Shown: in pieces, positions 10,262 to 22,551 of the stretch | Layout: each line of letters starts with the position of its first letter | How positions within the stretch are numbered: position 1 is the first letter of the stretch | Assembly: GCA_002269645.1 (NCBI GenBank) | Contig: NIVC01002144.1 | Location: 1-64,000, forward strand | DNA from: Macrostomum lignano | Lineage: Eukaryota | Direction of reading: 5' to 3' | Length of the DNA: 64,000 nt | Made by a program: the position numbers and the translations under genes | Notes under the pieces: model-generated | Database searches by the model: none | What the model was told of the DNA's origin: nothing | The model's input: only the letters and a program-made list of their open reading frames with translations

Positions 10262-11315
10262 CTAAACCTTTCTTAAGTCTTTTTCATCCACCCAGCCTGT
10301 CGAGTCGTAGCCGGCCCACTTCACCAGATAGCGAATTTTTCCCTTCTGCTTCTCCGTTTTCAGGATCTTCTCAATCACATACAGCCGCTGTGAGTCCGGC
10401 ACCGCCTGCAGCTCATGCTCATGAAAGAGACCCCGGATCTCCTCACCCTTCATGTCCCTAATCTTGTACATGTACGGATAGTGCTTCGGTGCCCTACATA
10501 CTACAGTGTACACCTCCTCACTCCAGTTGGCCTTGTATCCTTTGTATCCAAATTCTCACTGACTGCTTTTCACTGAATTTGGGCTTCTTTGGCTTCTTCA
10601 CAGTCTCAATGGCTCTTCCATTGTAAAGGTTCATCCAGACCTCAGTCTCATTCTCTTTGCATACGCTAGTCGGTGCCATTTTGATGCTTCTGTGGTAAGT
10701 GTTGTTGTACGACTTGACCAGCTTTGGCAACACATCAACCCAATGCAAAGTGCTCTTGTGGGTGAAATATCGCCACATTTTGTTTTTCAAAGTTCTATTC
10801 CACCTCTCTATGATGGCTGCTTTTTGCTCACTATTAGTGGGGAATGCCAAAATTCCCTTGCTTATACAGAACTCCCGAAAATTGGTATTGATGAACTCTT
10901 TTCCTTGATCCGTGCGGACTGTGCGTGGCTGGCGCTTTGAGCACCTCAGGATACTCTCGAATGCGAACTTGACTTCCGCAGCTGATTTGTTTTTTAGAGG
11001 CCTGGCCCAACCAGATTTAGAGAGGACATCTATACATGTGAGAGTATACTTGTAGCCGTTATTGTATTTTGCAAATGGTATCATCTCAACCAGGTCAAGT
11101 TCCCACTGATCATCAATAGCCCTAACAATGATTGGTGCCATAGGATAGCGTCTCCTAGCTTGCTTGTGCAGTGTGTACACAGGCTGCTCAGTCAGCCATT
11201 GCCCGATGCTCTTTTTAGATTCACGATTATCCTGTGTTTTCTTGAGCTCGTGCAGAAGCTTTGAGACACCCGAGAAACTGGCAGGCTGAGCAGGGTTGTA
11301 GTAGATCTTTTCCAT
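10262..11315 (-). pseudogene. RVE (DDE) integrase with C-terminal chromodomain, frameshifted at about 10543-10552
   Basis: MEKIYYNP..P.SFSG start at 11315; catalytic WELD, RTDQGKEF and IERWNRTLK motifs. The second frame continues KGYKANWSEEVY...IRGLFHEHELQ...IEKILK...YLVKWAGY (chromodomain) to the stop at 10262. Confidence 0.92.
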
Positions 11316-11356
11316 TATCAAAATCAAGCTGAATGAAAGCCTGCAAAACAATTTTT

Positions 11357-11503
11357 TTAAGTTCTTTTCGCGGTTTGCTCATTGAGCCACTGTTCAATGC
11401 TCTTTCAATTTTTATGCCCACCCTCTTCTCTAACTTGATGCAGCAGCTTTGAGCAAATTGAAAAACTAGCTGGTTGGCCAGGAGCAAAGTAAATTTTTTC
11501 CAT
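11357..11503 (-). other. Diverged duplicate of the integrase N-terminal ~45 codons, with an internal TGA
   Basis: ATG 11503 reads MEKIYFAPGQPASFSICSKLLHQVREEGGHKN*KSIEQWLNEQ; the integrase reads MEKIYYNPAQPASFSGVSKLLHELKKTQDNRESKKSIGQWLTEQ. Confidence 0.85.
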
Positions 11504-11762
11504 TTTCTCAAGAAACAAAAGTCAACAGTCTAATTTTTTCTTAAGCACAAGAACAAAGGAAAACAATTTTTTATGAAAAGAAGCTTTTATATTTTTCAGC
11601 GGATAAGAAACAATAGGTTGCATGATTTTCTTAAATGGAGAGACTTAATTAAGTTTTCTGGATAAATGAGCAATGTTAATTATAGAAATTGTTAAATGAG
11701 CCAATTTAAGTCTGTCACCAGTCACCAAAGTTCTTCAAAGCACTTCTTATTCTTCTTCTTCT

Positions 11763-12506
11763 TCACTCCTCATCCTCATTGAGGCGCAGTCTCATGGCAT
11801 TCTGCCTGCGCAGCGGATATGGTTGCTTGCGCTTCCTGACGTTCTCGACCGCAGCTGCTTCAGCCCGGAAGCGATACCAGACTGGGTCCTGCAGCAAATC
11901 CGAATCCTGCTTTGGGATAAAGCCAGCTGCAGCACTTGTCACCGGTAGAGGCGTTGATGCGACCACTTCATCGTCGATGCGCAGAGTGCTTGATTGGACG
12001 CCCTCATCCTCAGTCTTCGCAAGCCGCACGATGTCGTCCTTGTTGCTGTTGTCATCATCATCACCGTTGCTCTCGCTCGAAGATCCCGACTCCAGCTCAT
12101 ACACATCAGAAATTTGGCGTGGGGCAGACAGCTGCTCGTCGATCCATGCAGCCTGCTCCCACAGTTTTCGCCACAGAGCTGGTGCCAAAGCCACAGTGTT
12201 TCGCTTCAAAAATTCTTCGCAACAATCTTCTGGAAGCCGTCTTAGCCAGATGATGCCGTTCTTAACCTCAACAAACTTATCAAAACCGAGTTTGATGATC
12301 CTCTGTTGCCCGCCTAGGGCCGCCTTCACGAGAGTTGGCTTCAGTTCTTTCAACTTCTCCCATTGTCGGATGTTGAGGTTAAATCCGGGAACGCCAGGTT
12401 TTAAACTCGCTGTGCTGCCATGTCGATAAAATTTCCGAATCGCAATAAACTGTACTTCTTCATACTCTTGTACTTGAAGTTTGTAGCCTTCTCCAATATC
12501 GACCAT
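11763..12506 (-). CDS. Tandem PC4/Sub1-like ssDNA-binding protein with acidic tail and basic NLS
   Basis: DIGEGYKLQVQEYEEVQFIAIRKF...KPGVPGFNLNIRQWEKLK matches the PC4 fold pattern. A second degenerate repeat follows (LGFDKFVEVKNGIIWLR...VALAPALWRKL...IDEQL). RKRK near the C-terminus. Confidence 0.8.
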   Translation of the reverse strand: MVDIGEGYKLQVQEYEEVQFIAIRKFYRHGSTASLKPGVPGFNLNIRQWEKLKELKPTLVKAALGGQQRIIKLGFDKFVEVKNGIIWLRRLPEDCCEEFLKRNTVALAPALWRKLWEQAAWIDEQLSAPRQISDVYELESGSSSESNGDDDDNSNKDDIVRLAKTEDEGVQSSTLRIDDEVVASTPLPVTSAAAGFIPKQDSDLLQDPVWYRFRAEAAAVENVRKRKQPYPLRRQNAMRLRLNEDEE

Positions 12507-12580
12507 TATTAATTAGTTATTACGATGTAACGGAGCGAGAATTTCAAAATTTTTATTATTTGTGAAAACAAATTTTCTGG

Positions 12581-12588
12581 TTTATATA
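12581..12588 (-). promoter_or_regulatory. Candidate TATA box (TATATAAA) upstream of the PC4-like ORF
   Basis: Canonical sequence about 75 nt upstream of ATG 12506, in the AT-rich spacer inside the terminal region. Confidence 0.4.
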
Positions 12589-12589
12589 C

Positions 12590-12801
12590 AAATATCTCCT
12601 ATGTAAACACATGCGGCTATGTATTCACATTACCCCTATGGGACACAGGTGCCTATGTACTCTCATTAGGAGTCTACGGAATTCCCATGGCTTTGCCTGC
12701 GGCAGAGTTGAGCTATGCAAACACATAGGCGCCCTTCTGATCCGGGCCCACGGAATTTCCGTGGCTTTCTATGCGGCAGAGTTGTGTTATCCTCTACTAC
12801 T
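12590..12801. repeat. Probable right terminal inverted repeat of the Polinton
   Basis: Non-coding, with short internal repeats (GCGGCAGAGTTG x2, CCTATG several times), ending TACTACT. The partner TIR is outside the window, so the inner boundary is approximate. Confidence 0.7.
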
Positions 12802-13437
12802 AGTATAGATTCTATGACAATTCGCAGAAAAAGAATAAAAATTCCCTTAGCCTGCTGTCAGTAGGCTAGTAAGTTTAGAGCCCATGTGCTAGCGCGGGAT
12901 TTGGGAAAAAGTGCGTCCTCATCACATGTTACATGTAAATAGTGATAGATGATTAACAGACTAAATATGAAATGTTCCCATTTTAGCTGTATTGTCTGGA
13001 TTCCGTGCTCTGGAGTGCTCTAGACAAGCAAGGTTACAGGTGATGTGTTGTACAGCGGATCACTAGCTTCAGGAATGAGTGTCGGCGTCGAGTCGTCGAC
13101 TGACTGACGACTGACCAGTTTGATCATCTGATGAGATTCAGACGGCAAAATAAGAAATGTCGGGTAAAAAAACTAAAAATTCGAAAAGTACCCATTCATT
13201 CTCAAACTCTCAATCAGTCTCTTAAGTTTCCATGTACATCCCAACTTAAAATGGACTAAATGAATCAAGCAGCATCTTTCTTTACCTTCCAGTGTTCATG
13301 TACATTATTTTCTTTGATTAACGATTCAAAATATTAAATTATAAAATATTTCAGAAGCAAAATGTTTTATTTACTTTGTTTAAAACTGCATTTTTGTTTT
13401 TGAACGTCCGGTCCACTCCGGGAAAACCCTAAAATTC

Positions 13438-13827
13438 GGGAGCACGAGAAATGCCCGCAGACGAATTGCCCGCCGAGCTTTTCCCGCCGAGATTTGCCCG
13501 CAGTGCAATTTGCCCGCGAGCGAGTTGCCCGCCGAGTTTTTTCCCGCCGAGGTTTGCCCGCAATGCTTTTTTCCTGCAGCGCATTTGGCAGCTAGATTCT
13601 GTCTGTATTGCCCCCCCCAAAAAAAAATATGCATATGATATGCAGTCAGTTACTATCAAAACGTTTTGATCGTGTAAATCTCTTTATTGAGATTAACGCG
13701 TACTAAGCATTGGGAAGGCAATGCAGACAAAATCTGCCGCGTCGCTCACGGGCAAAATGCACTGCGGGCAAATCTCGGCGGGAAAAGCTCGGCGGGCAAT
13801 TTGTCTGCGGGCAATTCTCATGGACCT
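13438..13827. mobile_element. Non-autonomous Mutator-like (MULE) MITE
   Basis: Long imperfect inverted arms built from TTGCCCGC-type subrepeats; perfect 9-bp direct repeat CTAAAATTC at 13429-13437 and 13828-13836 (target-site duplication). Confidence 0.85.
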
Positions 13828-16800
13828 CTAAAATTCACCACCTCCCTGAGATTTTGAAACTGAAATCTGAAGTTTTCAAAGGAATTGGAAAATCGTACCT
13901 CACATTCACAGTCACAGGCTCACGTTTCACACCAGCCGCAACAAATGGAATACAACACCCGACGCAGCTCTGAACTGACTCCCCCATGCTGTACTGTAGT
14001 TTAGTATAGTAAGAAATAGCTGCATATAGCACATGGGATCGCCATCTCATTTTTGTATTACTATTATTAGTGTCATTTTTGTTAGAAAATGTATTGTGGC
14101 TTTTTAAACTTTCAATTAAGGATTTGGCCCTTATCTCGCCGGGATTTGGGTTTGTAAACTTTGTATTTTTTGCAAAACTCAATATTGTAAACTTAAAGTT
14201 TAGATTTATAGCACTTCTGAGAAGGAAAACTTTTAGCAGGAATTTACTCTAAAAATTCGTTTAAAAAACCATTTTTTATTCTGGGTGTTTAGGGGTTCAA
14301 TCCTGAGATCACAGGGATTCCAAATTCGCTATCATTTTTAGTATATTGGATTAATAACAAAGATATCAAACAAACAAACAAACAGACAAATTGCTAGGAC
14401 TTTTAGTTTTTTTAGTATTTAGAAGCCACAAGGAATAACTAAACAAACAGCTTGCTAGATAATGCACAACACTCGTAATACTACTCTATTACCGGAATTG
14501 TTTAATGCGCCACTTGACTTGATTTGGCCTGGGGGGCGGGCTGGGGGTCCGGGTCCGGGGCCGTAGGTCTTAGAGTCTATATAGGCCCTGGGGGCCGGGG
14601 CCCTTGCTTCTTTGTTGTTTTGTGCCTTCGCTTCTGGAATGCGATAAAATAGTGCCACGAACCAGGCTCCGTAAGTGCCGAAGACTCCCCTATTCTCTTC
14701 TATGCCCCTCCCTTCCGTTCTCTCTGCGCGTTCTCTCTCTAGCTTCGATCGATAAATTCCAAGCTTAGGCAGCACTCTGGTTGGCTGATTCAACCTCCCC
14801 CACCCTCACGGTCACGGCCCCACCTACCCCCCCCCCAGGCCCAAAACTCCAGTTAGAAAAAGGACACAAAAACCTTCCTTCCCTTGCGTTGTTTGTTCGT
14901 CTGCTCTGCTGTTCCACTTAGCTCCCGCATTTTAACCTAGGCCTCCGGTGTGTATTAGCCAAAGGATTCCAAATCCCGCGTCTGATTCCTTTTCTTTCCC
15001 AAGAGTGTTCTCTATCCCCTCTCTCATGTTGGAAAAGCCAGTGAACCAACGTAAGTTGTGTCATCGAAGTCATATTTAACTAACAACTCCACGTTACACC
15101 CTTGCCTTACACTACGGCTTGTACTTTGCCGGTTGTCATTTTGATTTGAATACTCTACTAGCAATCAAAGAAGCTAGTCTTAATTATAAAAACTTTTTTA
15201 GAAAAAATGACTCCAAACCAATTGACGTCTTATCTGACAGTACTGGAAAGCTAATTGGCTTAGCAAATCTAGCTATTTAAAGCAAACGCCCTCGCTCTAA
15301 TACTGTCAGGTAATGATGTCTATTGAAGGAGTATTCGCCAAGTGTTTGCCAATTGTTACCATTCTGTCCATCTTGCAGTTTGTAAATGCTACCATGGACA
15401 ACTCTAGTTGTCCATGAATGCTACTCGCATTCAAGTCGCCAGCTAGTTGGCTAAGCCTAAGATATGCACGTTTACCCAGCCACTGTTTATTTTTCGCCAT
15501 AATAGGAACTAAATTTTTGTCAAATAAATCCATATAAAAATGACGGCATTGGGCGTTAGACTTAACATGATTTACCGTGTTTTGGAATTTTGTGCAGACT
15601 GCGGACTCGTGTTATTTGTTGCTCACTGCAAAAGCAAAATATCTCTTATAAACTACAATCTGCAACTGCTTTGCTATAACAAGTATCAACGTCGTAGTTA
15701 ATTTTAGCGATCAAGTTTTCTCCAATTCTAATTTCTAATATGATATGGCCATACCATCATAGGTGAGCACAAAATCAAGCTGAAACTTGGAATTAACTAC
15801 AATTACAATGCGCCATATCAGTGCCCAATAATTTGCCGATAATTAAACAATTAAACTAATTTTACAGATAAGAAAATATAAAGATAATGGAAAGAGTAAG
15901 ACGAAGGAATGAATAAACAGGAACAGATTACAGAGAATAAGAAATAAAAAATCATGGGTAATTAATTTATCATGTCAGAAAAGTAGTAAAATATGTTTGT
16001 ATGCTAATACTAAGTAATACATCACATCAATACCGCAGCGATAGCTAAGATCTTCCGCCTTGCTGTCTGGGACTCGGAGAGCTACTACTACTACACTACT
16101 GCTTCTTCGCACACTTCTGTGGTGATTTTTGCTCCCGTCCCGACTCCCAATCCCAACTCGGCAGTGTATATTTATGCAGTCAAAGTGAGTTACGAGCGTA
16201 TTTCCGATATGCCCGCTACGTGTATGCGTTATACTAACACTATTTTTATAATACATGTATGGGTGTAGATGCGCATAAAGAAAGTAGACTATAATATAAT
16301 AAGTACATATATCAATTCTATCCGAGTCTGTTTGCCTGAGAATTATTAAGCAATACAATTTCGATGGTAGCACACCTTTAAAATGTACTTGAAGGTGTTT
16401 TTTTATGCTGAGAATATGCTAATGCTGATATAATGGATAGGCTGCACAGAGTTAAAACGAGCTAAAACGTCAAGGCGCCGAAGCGTTGTATATGGTTTGT
16501 TTCTGCCTCTGCGTGTACCTGTACGTTAGTATTGATGTATTGGTGTTGCAGTTAGCGCGCCAAGTGAGGATTTACCACAGACAGTCTCTCAAGGCGTGCG
16601 CCACACAGTCACACACTGTGACACTGGCTTTGCTCTGAACCAAAAGGTTTATTGGCCATAGACGTTTTCAGCGGGGGCTGTCGTGCGCTTCAACCTCTTT
16701 CTAACACGCGTACAAGTATGTACATGTAAGTGAAACGATTCTTAGTCCTCCTACAACAATGAAATTGCCATAGACGTTGCTCCTCTGGAAAAGGATTGGA

Positions 16801-16979
16801 CTGGGAAATAGAAATAAATAAGCGAGAAAAACATGTACGCTTCTGCTTACTGCCCAAGTTAAATGACTACATGTACATATAAATCAGGGGTCGCGGCAAT
16901 CGACTGCCCGCGAAGCCTCTCTAACCGGCCCTCGGCTCCTTTGTGAAACTTTGCAATAGCAATCCGGCCTGTTCAAGGT

Positions 16980-17180
16980 TTGAGTCTCTTCTCAGCTAAC
17001 TCTTCTTTTCTCTCGCTGTCGCCTCCCTCTCTTCTCCACCAGTCTCTCCTCTTCCAATTCCCAATTTTCTCACCTCTCCTTCGCTCTCCTCTTCCCCTCT
17101 CCTCTCTCTTCCCCTTTCTCACCTCTCCTCTCCTCTCTCTCCCCTCTCGTCTCTCCCCTCTCCTCTCCTCTCTTCTTTCC
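16980..17180. repeat. CT-rich polypyrimidine low-complexity tract
   Basis: Almost only C and T on the + strand. Confidence 0.85.
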
Positions 17181-17399
17181 ACTCTCATCTGGCCACAACC
17201 ATAAGCTGGAGCTGGATTCTTTATCTGGCCCTCGAGGTGGTTCGCCAACCTCTAGACAAAATGAAACTTCATGCATATACTTACATGAATCTACATGTAC
17301 ATCAGAGGGTTATAAACTGCAATGCATGAAATCTTCTACATGTATATGGTGGCATGGTCATATGCATATGTACAATTGTACATGTATTCGGTAGTCTAA

Positions 17400-18450
17400 A
17401 CAAGGGAGGTGCTAGAGACCAGAAGTGTGCTACATGTAAAAGAAGAAGGGGTGCTACAAGCAGAAGGGGTGATAAGCAGGAGTGCTAGAAGCAGAAGGGG
17501 TACTAAAAGCAGAAGAAGTGCTAGAAGCACCGGATGCTAGAAGCAGAAGGGGTGCTAAGCAAAAGTGCTAGAAGCAGAAGGGGTGCTAAGCAGGAGTGCT
17601 AGAAGCAGAAGGGGTGCTACAAGCAAAAGAGGCGCTAGAAGCAGAAGGAGTGCTATGGAAGTAGAAGGGGTGCTAAGCAAGAGTGCTAAAAGCAGAAGGG
17701 GTGCTAAGCAAGAGTGCTAAAAGCTGAATGGGTGCTAAGCAAGAGTGCTAGAAGTAGAAGGGGTGCTACAAGCAGAAGGGGTGCTAGAAGCAGAAAGGGT
17801 ACTAAAAGCAGGAGTGTTAGAAGCAGAAGGGGTGCTAAGCAGGAGTGCAGAAGGGGTGTTACAAGCAGAAGGGGTGCTAAGCAGGAGTGCTAGAAGCAGA
17901 AGGGGTGCTACAAGCAAAAGAGGCGCTAGAAGCAGAAGGAGTGCTATGGAAGTAGAAGGGGTGCTAAGCAAGAGTGCTAAAAGCAGAAGGGGTGCTAAGC
18001 AAGAGTGCTAAAAGCTGAATGGGTGCTAAGCAAGAGTGCTAGAAGTAGAAGGGGTGCTACAAGCAGAAGGGGTGCTAGAAGCAGAAAGGGTACTAAAAGC
18101 AGGAGTGTTAGAAGCAGAAGGGGTGCTAAGCAGGAGTGCAGAAGGGGTGTTACAAGCAGAAGGGGTGCTAGAAGCAGGAGTGCTAGAAGTAGAAGGGGTG
18201 CTAAGCAAGAGTGCTAGAAGCGGAAGGGGTGCTAAAATCAGGAGTGCTAGAAGCAGAAGGGTGCTAGAAGCAGGAGGGGTGCTAGAAGCAGAAGGGGTAC
18301 TAGAAGCAGAAGGGGTGCTAGAAGCAGAAGGGGTACTAGGAGCAGAAGGGGTACTAGAAGCAGAAGGGGTGCTAGATGTATATAAGAAGTCAGGTGTGCT
18401 GGAAGTCAGAAGTGTTTTTAGCAGCAGAAGGAATGCTAGAAGCAAAAGGT
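17400..18450. repeat. Degenerate ~18-bp minisatellite (AAGCAGAAGGGGTGCTAG) with a 291-bp higher-order duplication
   Basis: Visible periodicity; identical blocks start at 17745 and 18036. Confidence 0.9.
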
Positions 18451-19165
18451 GAGCTACATGAAGACGCTCCTGAAGCACATGAAGCAGCTACAGGGCTCAT
18501 GAAATTTTGAGCACTATCGCTATCATTCAAGCTTTGCTTTTGCTTTGCTTGCAATGGCGAGGGTCTTTGCTTGTGCCTGCCAATGCATATTTGCCGTACA
18601 TTAAGCATGCAGGCTCCTACACCACACACAGGCGCTTCCGCATTGCTTTTTCATGAAAAGCATTCAACAATGAGCACTCACTCCTGGGCGAAAACGGGAA
18701 ACTTGTTTTTTTTTCTGCAACTCAACTAAAAAGCAATTGTCAATTCTGTTCAAGAATTGCCCTAGAATTGCCCTGTAGCTGTGTATGCTATCCTGCTACC
18801 GGTCCATTCAGTCTCTTTGTTTCCTTTGTCTTCATCAGAATGAAAGTCTCTCTGTGGGGTTCTATCCATCAACCCATCAATTCCATTGCCTGAAATCTTC
18901 GTTGCTTATGCAGACAGAAACATGATTGAAAACTTCTTACCGGAACAACAGTGGCAGCTGGAATTTTCCATTGTTCCTGAGCCCGCTGCTGCACCAGCAC
19001 CGGCACACAACGGCAACGAGGACCTGGCAGGTGTTTTTAGGAAGCTTCCTAAAAACGCTATATTTTTACCCACCGACAAACCTCTGCCGCTGATGTTTGC
19101 TGAGATGTGAGAAAAACTATCCATAGCTCGTATTCTATTTTATCTACATGTATCTATCTAGCTCG

Positions 19166-20633
<1,468 letters not shown>

Positions 20634-21433
20634 ATCATTCATCTATCTACGAGTATTTTTGTTATTTCTTTTACTGAAAATATTTTATGAGATAAAATTA
20701 AAATATTTGCTTAGTTACCTGTAGACTACTATGAGTAGAAGATTGTGAACAAGGAATGTCGAAATTAATAAGGCAAGTCACTCTGCCTATATGTCATCAT
20801 CCTATTTGTGCCAGATATCAATTCGTAGCGGTCGTAAACTTTTGATACTAATTTAGTTTTTGTTTATCGCGCTGCAAAACTGTGTGCTTCTAACTTGCTT
20901 GCTTCTGCTCCGGGAGAGGCCACAACAAGCGCAACAAAGTGGGTACAGCTTACAGCACAGCATTACAGACTTGTAGTTTATGCTGTCTCCCAACCAATGC
21001 AAATATTAGTAAACTGCCGATCGAAGTATTAATGCATACAGTGGGAAGAGTTGCATTGGAAATTTCTTCACTTGTCGGGTCCTGAACTGCACTGCCCCTC
21101 CGCCTGAATTCAGCTGGCACTAATCTTGTGGCCGCTTTGGACTGGAGTTGCGGGGGGGACTCTGGCTGGGGGGCTGCTGCGCCTATGCAGTAATGTATAG
21201 TATGTAACTTCTTTACTCTTAAAACGAACTAGAGGCATGGATGTCTAGAATTAGAGATCTGGACCAGAAACAGAGCTCTTAATTTGGGTGTAAAAATTAA
21301 TATTTAAAAGCGATAGTTCAATCTAATATAATGTATATTTAATAATATAGTGTATGTAACTTGTTTGTAACTTGTCAGCCACAGATCAGCTGGAAAAAGT
21401 AGGACTGAACCTTTCTGGAGCCTAATCAGATGA

Positions 21434-21652
21434 AATGGCGCCTGGGCGCCAGCACCAAGTGGCGCCAGCACCAAGTGGCGCCAGCACCAAGTGGCGCCAG
21501 CACCAAGTGGCGCCAGCACCAAGTGGCGCCAGCACCAAGTGGCGCCAGCACCAAGTGGCGCCAGCACCAAGTGGCGCCAGCACCAAGTGTCGCCAGCACC
21601 AAGTGTCGCCAGCACCAAGTGGCGCCAGCACCAAGTGGCGCCAGCACCAAGT
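21434..21652. repeat. 16-bp minisatellite (GCGCCAGCACCAAGTG)n
   Basis: About 13 near-identical units. Confidence 0.95.
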
Positions 21653-21864
21653 CTTCACCAGGGCCAGGCTCACTCACCTCGGGCCAAACCCGGTTCTCTC
21701 CGACGTTTGCAGGCCCGAGAGTATCCCACCGCTCGCCCGGTACCTCAGGGACACGGGACGAGCTGATTTCTTCCCTTGAGCGACATCACTTCGATGGAAG
21801 TCTTTGGTCGCCAGGGGCTAAAGGAATGGGCGGTCGGACGATGCCCCCTGCAGCTAAGTCAAGT

Positions 21865-22065
21865 CAGATGAAATGGCTCCTACTCAGATATATGAAATGC
21901 CGCCTACCTACTCAGTTATGAAATGCCGTCTACTCAGTTATGAGATGCCGCCTACTCAGTTATGAGATGCCGCCTACTCAGATAAAATGGTGCCTGCTCA
22001 GATATGAAATGGCGCCTACTCGAATATGGAATGGCGCCTACTTAGTTATGAAATGGCGCCTACCA
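21865..22065. repeat. Degenerate ~22-bp repeat (ATGAAATGGCGCCTACTCAGTT)
   Basis: Several diverged units sharing AAATG(G/C)CGCC. Confidence 0.8.
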
Positions 22066-22551
22066 ACGAAAGGACGCCCCTCAAAGTTTTGTCCTCTGAA
22101 ATGAGAGTGTTTTCCATTCCGGACTCTACTCTATCTAGAAGTCCCTGCCGAGAGGGTCGAGGAGAGGGTTGACGTCCATTCCCTCACTCTACCCCTTCGC
22201 GTTTATTCTTCTGCCGTATCTTTCTCCCTCTCTCTCTCTCTCTCTCTCTCCCTGCGCCGAATAAGTTATTGATTTCACTTTGCGCAGATATTGAGGCCCC
22301 GCTGCACCTCCTCCAGTTCTAGGCAGGCATTGGGCGAGAGATCAACTGGCATTAATCTGCGCGGCCAGGGTTCATAAGTAAGAAAAACTCGTTGCAACGA
22401 GAGGCGTGTCTTCGAACTATTTTATTTATTATCTCTACTTTCTGCTAAAATACAACCTCGATTGTTCCACGGCATCATCAGTGACAGCTGAAAGTTCCAG
22501 TTTTGGTTATATATCTGCGACACTCGTCCTCACGAATTACTTTTTGAGACT

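Larger units (their letters stand above)
1..12801. mobile_element. Polinton/Maverick (adintovirus-like) endogenous element, left end outside the window
   Basis: Full hallmark gene set (pPolB, ATPase, adenain protease, MCP, mCP, RVE integrase, PZ). Right terminus ends ...CTCTACTACT at 12801, matching the AGTAGT.../...ACTACT Polinton termini. Confidence 0.96.

Noticed and set aside
11227-11511. 94-aa ORF in the track upstream of the integrase
   Set aside because: It has a non-ATG start, and the informative signal is in another frame (the integrase N-terminal duplicate).
11779-12429. Long antisense ORFs over the PC4-like gene, and 59520-60191 over the BEN gene
   Set aside because: Shadow ORFs of GC-rich coding sequence with no motifs.
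12802-12807. AGTATA as the Polinton 6-bp target-site duplication
   Set aside because: The left end is outside the window, so it cannot be verified.
14190-15900. Possible Helentron-type short element (CAAA repeats near 14370) and decayed LINE 3' end (15306-15533)
   Set aside because: Only faint resemblance; no boundaries or diagnostic motifs could be established.
18886-19110. 74-aa coding-looking ORF MPEIFVAY...
   Set aside because: Non-ATG start, no recognisable domain and no linked exons.
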